Below the pieces are notes generated by a model that saw nothing but the letters and a program-made list of their open reading frames with translations, did no database searches and was not told the origin of the DNA. The position numbers and the translations under genes are program-made. From Nitrospirota bacterium (GTDB lineage: Bacteria; Nitrospirota; Thermodesulfovibrionia; Thermodesulfovibrionales; Dissulfurispiraceae), in NCBI GenBank assembly GCA_040754455.1, contig JBFMCP010000002.1, positions 64,001 through 128,000 on the forward strand: a DNA stretch of 64,000 nucleotides. Direction: 5' to 3'. Positions 58,319 to 64,000 of the stretch are shown in pieces. Numbering within the stretch: position 1 is the stretch's first letter; each line of letters starts with the position of its first letter.

Positions 58319-58394
58319 TGGTGGACGGTAGGGGATTCGAACCCCCGGCCCCCACGTTGCGAACGTGATGCTCTCCCAGCTGAGCTAACCGCCC
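58319..58394 (-). tRNA. tRNA-Ala (CGC)
   Basis: GGGCGGTTAGCTCAG..TCACG-TT-CGC-AA-CGTGG..ACCGTCCACCA; G3:U70 pair. Confidence 0.93.
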
Positions 58395-58470
58395 AAAACC
58401 ATGTAGTGCGCCAAAAGTGCCAATAAGGTGGGTGTTATGACTATTCTTTTGCGTCATAACACGCTGTGCT

Positions 58471-59013
58471 CTACTGCTTCATGCCCTTTTTCATTTTAAC
58501 AAATCTGGTGAATAAATGGTGCCGTGCGGACTTTCTCTCAAACCCCGCAGCCTCGAAAAGACGCACGGTCTTTTCCATAGCCGCCTTCCCCACCTCTATG
58601 GTCGGTTCGTAAATGACAAGAATGCCCCCCGGTCTGACAGCGTTCCCTATAATTTTTGCGGCGTCTGCCTGGTTGCTTATTTCATGGAAGCTATAGTAGA
58701 GCAGCGCCACATCGGCGATCGCCATGCCGGGATCATACTGTGCAATATCGGCCTGGATGATCTCTATTTTGGGCCCGAAGTGTTGCACCCGACGCTTCAG
58801 CTTTCGCACCATGCCTTCCTGCAGCTCGACAGCGTAGACCTTTTTCGCCCTCCGGGCAAGCGCTTCGGTAAAGAACCCGTTGCCTGCGCCGATTTCGAGG
58901 ACAGCGGACTGTTCATTGATCCCTGACTCATCCATGACCTGTTCCCTGTCGGTCAGGATCTTGCGTATCGGGTTGTAGAGGATAAAAGAGAGAGAGGAGG
59001 GGCAGACATGCAT
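58471..59013 (-). CDS. Class I SAM-dependent methyltransferase
   Basis: VLEIGAGNG, YAVE, RPGG. Confidence 0.88.
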   Translation of the reverse strand: MHVCPSSLSFILYNPIRKILTDREQVMDESGINEQSAVLEIGAGNGFFTEALARRAKKVYAVELQEGMVRKLKRRVQHFGPKIEIIQADIAQYDPGMAIADVALLYYSFHEISNQADAAKIIGNAVRPGGILVIYEPTIEVGKAAMEKTVRLFEAAGFERKSARHHLFTRFVKMKKGMKQ

Positions 59014-59178
59014 GGTCGTACGTTCTCCTTGGGAACACAGGATTATGATGCTATTAAAGTATAACGTTTTCGGATTTCTCCCCGCAAATGACCGAAAGGG
59101 CGAGAGCAGATGGTGATTGTCAACAGGGAGAAAGAAAACATATAATATCTGGCAACTCTACTGAAAGGTCCCTCTGCT

Positions 59179-59880
59179 ATGGAACGATGCATCGGCACTC
59201 TCCCGCTCGGTACCATGCCCCTTATTGCGGGGGCATTGACGGACAGCGATGTGGTTAATCTGGATCGTGAGGCGGTGGATGCTGCGGATATCCTCGAACT
59301 CCGCGTCGATATGTTCGATACCCTCTCGCCTGACCATATCGAGGCCGTGTTCAAAGAAGCGAGAGATAAATTCCGGAAGCCTCTCCTCGCAACCATCAGA
59401 GCGGTGAGGGAAGGAGGGCAGAAGGATATCGAGGACAGGACAGCTCTCTACCAGGTGGCTCTTCCACTTTCAGATGCCGCAGATGTGGAGATATACTCGG
59501 ATGAGCCCTTTGCTGCAGTAAAGGCCCTTTGTGTTGCCTACAAGAAACCGCTCATCGGGTCATACCATAATTTCGAGCATACCCCTGACGACTGTTTTCT
59601 GGATGAGGTGGTGGCAAAAGGAAAAGAGGCGGATATCGTAAAAATTGCGGCAATGGCGAATGAACAGGAGGACATGGTGCGGCTTGCGCTTTTTACCTTC
59701 CGCCATCGCGAGAGGGGAATGATTACCATGTCCATGGGAGACAGGGGGCTGCCGTCGCGGGTATTCAATCCCCTCTTCGGGTCGCTCATGACCTACGGCT
59801 ATGTTACGCGGCCATCAGCACCGGGGCAACTTTCGATTGCAGAATTAGCGGATATTCTGAGGCGACTTAAGCTGCGGTAG
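59179..59880 (+). CDS. aroD: Type I 3-dehydroquinate dehydratase
   Basis: ELRVD, TIR..EGG, SYHNFEHTP, DIVKIA, SMG, APGQ. Confidence 0.93.
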   Translation: MERCIGTLPLGTMPLIAGALTDSDVVNLDREAVDAADILELRVDMFDTLSPDHIEAVFKEARDKFRKPLLATIRAVREGGQKDIEDRTALYQVALPLSDAADVEIYSDEPFAAVKALCVAYKKPLIGSYHNFEHTPDDCFLDEVVAKGKEADIVKIAAMANEQEDMVRLALFTFRHRERGMITMSMGDRGLPSRVFNPLFGSLMTYGYVTRPSAPGQLSIAELADILRRLKLR

Positions 59881-61230
59881 GTCGATTATCTTCTGGTTGC
59901 CCACCAGAACGAGCACATAGGCATCGGGACGGAGATACTTCTTGGCGACCCTCAGCACATCCTCTTTTGTAACACTATTGATATAATCAGGATACTTTTG
60001 GATATAGTCGTCCCCCAGGTTGTAGAACTGCGCGACAGGCATAAAATCGGCGATCTTTCTACTCGTTTCAAACCGTCTCGGGAAGCTTCCGGTAAGATAG
60101 GCCTTTGCATCACTGAGTTCCTGATCTGAAACCGGCTCGGTCCTCATCTTCTCCATCTGTTTCACGATTTCATCGATCACGGTCCGTGCCGATTCGTTTT
60201 TTGTCTGGACCTCCACCTCGAACTGCCCCCCCTCCTTATTGCCGATAAAGGCGCTGCTGATGCCGTAGGTGAGCCCCCTTTCATCCCTGATGACCTGCAT
60301 CAGCCGTGAGGCAAAACCGCCGCCGCCCAGTATGTAGTTCATGACCTGGACTGCATAATAGTCGGGGTTGCTCCGGGCAATGCCGATATGGCCGAGAATA
60401 ATATTCGCCTGGGTAATATCCCTGTCGATGGGAACCAGCTTTATCACTGAGGGAGTAAGGAGCGCGGGTGCCGGCCTTTCCCCTCTGCTGCCGGCAGGAG
60501 CTCTCTCGGACCGTTCGGCACCTTTCTCCCAGCCGGCGAGGTATTTTTTGACGAGCGCATCCAGTTCTCCGGGGGTAAGGTCGCCGACAACGGAGAGCAC
60601 AGCATTGTTCGGTGCATAGTAGGTGCGGTAAAAGTCCAGGACGTCATTTCGCTGTATACGCTCGACGCTCTCAATACTGCCCTCCACCAGCCTCCCGTAT
60701 GCGTGGTCGCCGAAAACCTCCCTTATGAAAGCCCTGTTGGCGATGAAGGCGGGATCCTCTTCGCGCTGGCGCAGGGCGCCTTTGATCAATTCCTTTTTTC
60801 TCTTGAGCTCATCTTCCTGGAACACGGGATGCAGAAGTACATCGGAGAATATCTCGAACCCTTTCTCTACATCCTTTTTCATTACCGAAAGGGAGACAGT
60901 GGTAAAATCGCTGGTAGTGGTCGCATCGATCGAGGCGCCCAGGAATTCGATATCCTCACTGATTTTTGACGCACTCCTCGTGGTGGTCCCCTCAGTCAGC
61001 ATCTTTGAGGTCAGATAGGCGACCCCGGCCCTATCAGGAGACTCATCAAGAGGAGATGCCTTTACCAGGAGCGTGACCATGACGATGGGGAGATTATGTC
61101 GTTCCACCTGCATGACGGGGAGACCGTTCGGCATTACACGCTTTTTGATATCAAGGGCGTAAGCGCCAAAATTAAGGAGTAAGAGTAGAAGATTGAAAAG
61201 AAGGAAGGGTAATACTATTTTTCTTCTCAT
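59845..61230 (-). CDS. M16 family peptidase, non-catalytic subunit
   Basis: Lacks HxxEH; ILGGGGFASRL..IRDERGLTY. Confidence 0.88.
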   Translation of the reverse strand: MRRKIVLPFLLFNLLLLLLNFGAYALDIKKRVMPNGLPVMQVERHNLPIVMVTLLVKASPLDESPDRAGVAYLTSKMLTEGTTTRSASKISEDIEFLGASIDATTTSDFTTVSLSVMKKDVEKGFEIFSDVLLHPVFQEDELKRKKELIKGALRQREEDPAFIANRAFIREVFGDHAYGRLVEGSIESVERIQRNDVLDFYRTYYAPNNAVLSVVGDLTPGELDALVKKYLAGWEKGAERSERAPAGSRGERPAPALLTPSVIKLVPIDRDITQANIILGHIGIARSNPDYYAVQVMNYILGGGGFASRLMQVIRDERGLTYGISSAFIGNKEGGQFEVEVQTKNESARTVIDEIVKQMEKMRTEPVSDQELSDAKAYLTGSFPRRFETSRKIADFMPVAQFYNLGDDYIQKYPDYINSVTKEDVLRVAKKYLRPDAYVLVLVGNQKIIDLPQLKSPQNIR

Positions 61231-62558
61231 TGCGCACCCTTTTTCGGGAGCAGGACGCCCACGGTCTTATTGGTGTTACTGAAATATTTCTTTGCCACTG
61301 CCTGCACATCTTCAGCCTTTACCTTTCTGATTCCTTCGAGATACGTGTCCATGAGCTTCCAGCCGCCGATCATTTCGAACATGCCAGTATGCATGGCTTT
61401 TGAATAGTTTGAGTCCTGGGCGAAGATGAAGGCTGCCTCAACCTGGTTCTTTGCCTTTTGCACCTCTTCTGGTGAAGGCGGTTCTTTGATGACCCTTTCC
61501 ATTTCCTCATAGAGCGCCTGCTCTATGTCCTCAATGCTCTTGCCTGGAGCGGCGTTGGCGCCGAGGACGAAGAGGAAGGGATCCCGGTAGAGATTGTTGT
61601 AGTCTGCAAAGGCGCTGATGGCAATCCTCTTTTCGTACACCAGGCTCCGGTAGAGACGCGAGCTCCTGCCGCCGGAAAGTATAGTGGATAATACATCAAG
61701 GGCATAGTTGTCCTCATGAGGAAACGTGGGGACATGATAGGCAATCAAAATATAGGGGAGCTCAGCGGTTTCCTTTCTGATGGTGATCCGTTTCTCGCCC
61801 TGCTGGGGCGGCTCGATGGTCGCAACTTCCTGCCTGCCGTTCTCAACAGGAGGGATGCTGCCGAACTCTTTTTCTATGTGGGGCACTATCTTGTCGGGAT
61901 AGACATCTCCCGCGATCACAATAAAGGCATTATTGGGAGCATAATATTTCCGGTAATAGTGATAAAGATCATCCCGCTCAATCGATGCGATATCGGACAT
62001 CCATCCGATGACCGGCCACCGATAGGGGTGCGCATTAAAGGCGGTGACGACCATCTCTTCGTAGAGGAGATTCTGTGGGTCGTCAACATAACGCATGCGC
62101 CGCTCCTCCATTACTACGTTTCTTTCGGCAATCACCTCTTGAGGGTCGAGCAGGAGATTGCGCATCCGGTCTGCCTCAAGTTCTATCGAAATGCCGATCC
62201 GGTCCGACGCGAGGGACTGGAAATAGGTGGTGTATTCCTTTGTGGTAAAAGCGTTGTCGGTGCCGCCGTTGCGCTGGATGATATTGGAGAACTGCTTTGA
62301 ACCGTACTTCGGCGTCCCCTTGAACATCATATGCTCAAGGAGATGGCTCATCCCTGTCTTGCCGAGCGGCTCATTCCGAGAGCCAACCCGGTACCACACC
62401 TCAAAGACCGCCAGCGGCGCCTTGTGATCCTCGACAATGATGACCTTCATACCGTTTTTGAGGGTATACGCCGTTGTCGATGCGGTGATTGAGGCGGCGT
62501 GAGCAAAGACAGGAACAAGGAGGAAAATAACAAATAAAATCGGGAATAAACGTCGCAT
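61227..62558 (-). CDS. M16 family zinc peptidase, catalytic subunit
   Basis: HLLEHMMFKGT, NAFT, VMEERR. Confidence 0.92.
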   Translation of the reverse strand: MRRLFPILFVIFLLVPVFAHAASITASTTAYTLKNGMKVIIVEDHKAPLAVFEVWYRVGSRNEPLGKTGMSHLLEHMMFKGTPKYGSKQFSNIIQRNGGTDNAFTTKEYTTYFQSLASDRIGISIELEADRMRNLLLDPQEVIAERNVVMEERRMRYVDDPQNLLYEEMVVTAFNAHPYRWPVIGWMSDIASIERDDLYHYYRKYYAPNNAFIVIAGDVYPDKIVPHIEKEFGSIPPVENGRQEVATIEPPQQGEKRITIRKETAELPYILIAYHVPTFPHEDNYALDVLSTILSGGRSSRLYRSLVYEKRIAISAFADYNNLYRDPFLFVLGANAAPGKSIEDIEQALYEEMERVIKEPPSPEEVQKAKNQVEAAFIFAQDSNYSKAMHTGMFEMIGGWKLMDTYLEGIRKVKAEDVQAVAKKYFSNTNKTVGVLLPKKGAQ

Positions 62559-62669
62559 ACCTCCTACTATATCAGAATCATCGGCGCTGGGGCAAATTGT
62601 ACGGAGGAGCGGGTGAGGACAGCTTCTGTTCCCGATGAAGGATTTCTCATTCCGGCCACCTGCCGGAGA

Positions 62670-62882
62670 TCAAACTCTTCAGGAACCTCCATAGCCGATG
62701 GTCACCTTGCCCTCTTCGACAATGACCGGCACCTGCCTGACACCGTTCGAATGCCTCAGCATTTCCTCCATGCTTGTGTTATCCGCCTTCACATCAACGT
62801 ACTGTGCCTTATCACCGTAAGCCGACAGGGCTTTTGCGGTGAAGGGTCAACCGGCCTTTCCATAGATGATGATCTTCACCAT
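62670..62882 (-). CDS. Glutaredoxin-like selenoprotein with two UGA codons (UXX-star type; not in ORF track)
   Basis: GGAGG RBS; MVKIIIYGKAG-U-PFT...RQVPVIVEEGKVTIGYGGS-U-RV-stop; hairpin after each UGA. Confidence 0.88.
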
Positions 62883-62969
62883 AACTACCCCCTCCTTCGA
62901 AATTCTAATTTTCAAAACACGTTTTGAGTTTTGATCATTTGGATTTGTTTGGGATGTATATATTCGAAT

Positions 62970-63248
62970 TTAGGATTTGTCTTCTCTCCAGACTTCTATC
63001 GCAACTTCAGGACACATCGTAGCGCACATGGCGCAGCCGGTGCATCGTTCGGGGTGCGCAAAATGAGCGGGAAAGCAGCCGATGCTATTGAATTCCCGTT
63101 CGATAGTGATGGAACCCTTAGGGCATGTACTGATGCAGTAGCCGCAGCCCTTGCAGAGTTCACGGTCGATTACAATAGTGCCTTTGATTTTTCTTGGTGC
63201 GCCTTTTTTCGCCTTTATCATCGTCTTCATTAAGGTGTAAGTAGTCAT
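62970..63248 (-). CDS. 2x[4Fe-4S] ferredoxin (2-oxoacid oxidoreductase delta-like)
   Basis: CKGCGYCISTCP and CTGCAMCATMCP. Confidence 0.9.
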   Translation of the reverse strand: MTTYTLMKTMIKAKKGAPRKIKGTIVIDRELCKGCGYCISTCPKGSITIEREFNSIGCFPAHFAHPERCTGCAMCATMCPEVAIEVWREDKS

Positions 63249-63298
63249 GAGTAGAGAAAACGCACTCAGAAACGTGATGATTTTAATTCCCGTTCTCC

Positions 63299-64000
63299 TT
63301 ACTTGTCAATACCGAGCAGCTCTCCGGCATGTTTCAGGGAGCCTTCGGTAATGCGGCCGCTGAGCATGCGGGCGATCTCGTTGCGCCGCTCCATACCGGT
63401 GATCGGGGTGACGCTGACCGTCGCCTTGTTACCCGTAAGGGCCTTCTCGATCTTCAGGTGGTAGTCGGCAAGTGCGGCGATCTGCGGGAGGTGGGTGATA
63501 CAGAGGACCTGGTACCGCTCTGCAATATCTTTCAGCCTCTTTCCCACATGCCGGGCAGTGACCCCGCCGATCCCCGCATCCACCTCATCAAAGATCAAAG
63601 TGATGGGCGATGGATGAGGGGTGACGCGTGGGGACTTTTTATTTCTTTTTTTCGACTCATCACTCATTACTCCTGACTCATTACTGATTTCAATGCACTT
63701 CAATGCAAGCATAATCCGCGACAGCTCTCCTCCCGACGCTACTTTTATCAGGGGTTTGGGGGGCTCTCCCGGATTGGCCGACAAGAGGAACTCGACATCA
63801 TCACTACCGGTCGACGTAACGGCATCCCTCTTTTTCATATCTACCCTGAATTCGGCCTTTTGGAACCCAAGCTCTTTAAGTTCGTTCATCACCAGTTTTT
63901 CGAGCTTTCCGGCAGCTATTCGTCTCTTTCCGGACAACTCTTCCGCCATTGCCCGGAGCTGTTCTTCCTTGATGTTCAGCTCATGTTCGGAAGTTTCGAG
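63299..64000 (-). CDS. recN: DNA repair protein RecN, C-terminal part (runs off window)
   Basis: SANPGE..ASGGELSRIMLALK..LIFDEVDAGIGG..CITHLPQIAA..EIARML. Confidence 0.93.
   Translation of the reverse strand, partial: LETSEHELNIKEEQLRAMAEELSGKRRIAAGKLEKLVMNELKELGFQKAEFRVDMKKRDAVTSTGSDDVEFLLSANPGEPPKPLIKVASGGELSRIMLALKCIEISNESGVMSDESKKRNKKSPRVTPHPSPITLIFDEVDAGIGGVTARHVGKRLKDIAERYQVLCITHLPQIAALADYHLKIEKALTGNKATVSVTPITGMERRNEIARMLSGRITEGSLKHAGELLGIDK

Noticed and set aside
58309..58327. 9-nt tandem duplicate of the tRNA-Ala 3' end (TGGTGGACG)
   Set aside because: Too short to call an att scar, and no integrase or island lies next to it.

Overview
Positions 1 to about 50,937 are the right part of a siphovirus-like prophage. 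Its left end lies outside the window, and it ends at the 3' end of a host tRNA-Glu(CTC). Gene order: early/accessory genes, a large CHC2-Toprim primase, an iteron-rich putative origin, a Xer-like recombinase, a Mor/C-type activator, two DNA-modification loci, terminase, head, lysis and tail genes, then a complete diversity-generating retroelement (DGR: CLec target with VR, hairpin, avd, TR, RT). All 13 TR/VR mismatches over 107 nt fall at TR adenines. The most unusual observations are five. (1) A structured RNA leader plus small-protein module occurs twice, once inside the DGR directly upstream of the RT and once upstream of a MTase-like/GNAT-like DNA-modification gene. (2) An adenine methyltransferase is fused to a full beta sliding clamp. 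(3) An unlisted 54-aa phage microprotein carries a near-exact copy of the DsrA N-terminal motif. (4) An 18-bp late-promoter-like box occurs three times. (5) A dif-like site lies between the origin and the recombinase. Positions 50,938-64,000 are host chromosome: three tRNAs, CHASE2 cyclase, parA, nifA-like activator, SemiSWEET, aroD, an M16 peptidase pair, a two-UGA glutaredoxin-like selenoprotein missed by the ORF track, a ferredoxin and partial recN. The host is probably an anaerobe using selenocysteine (inference). All family calls come from motif recognition by eye; no database searches were run.
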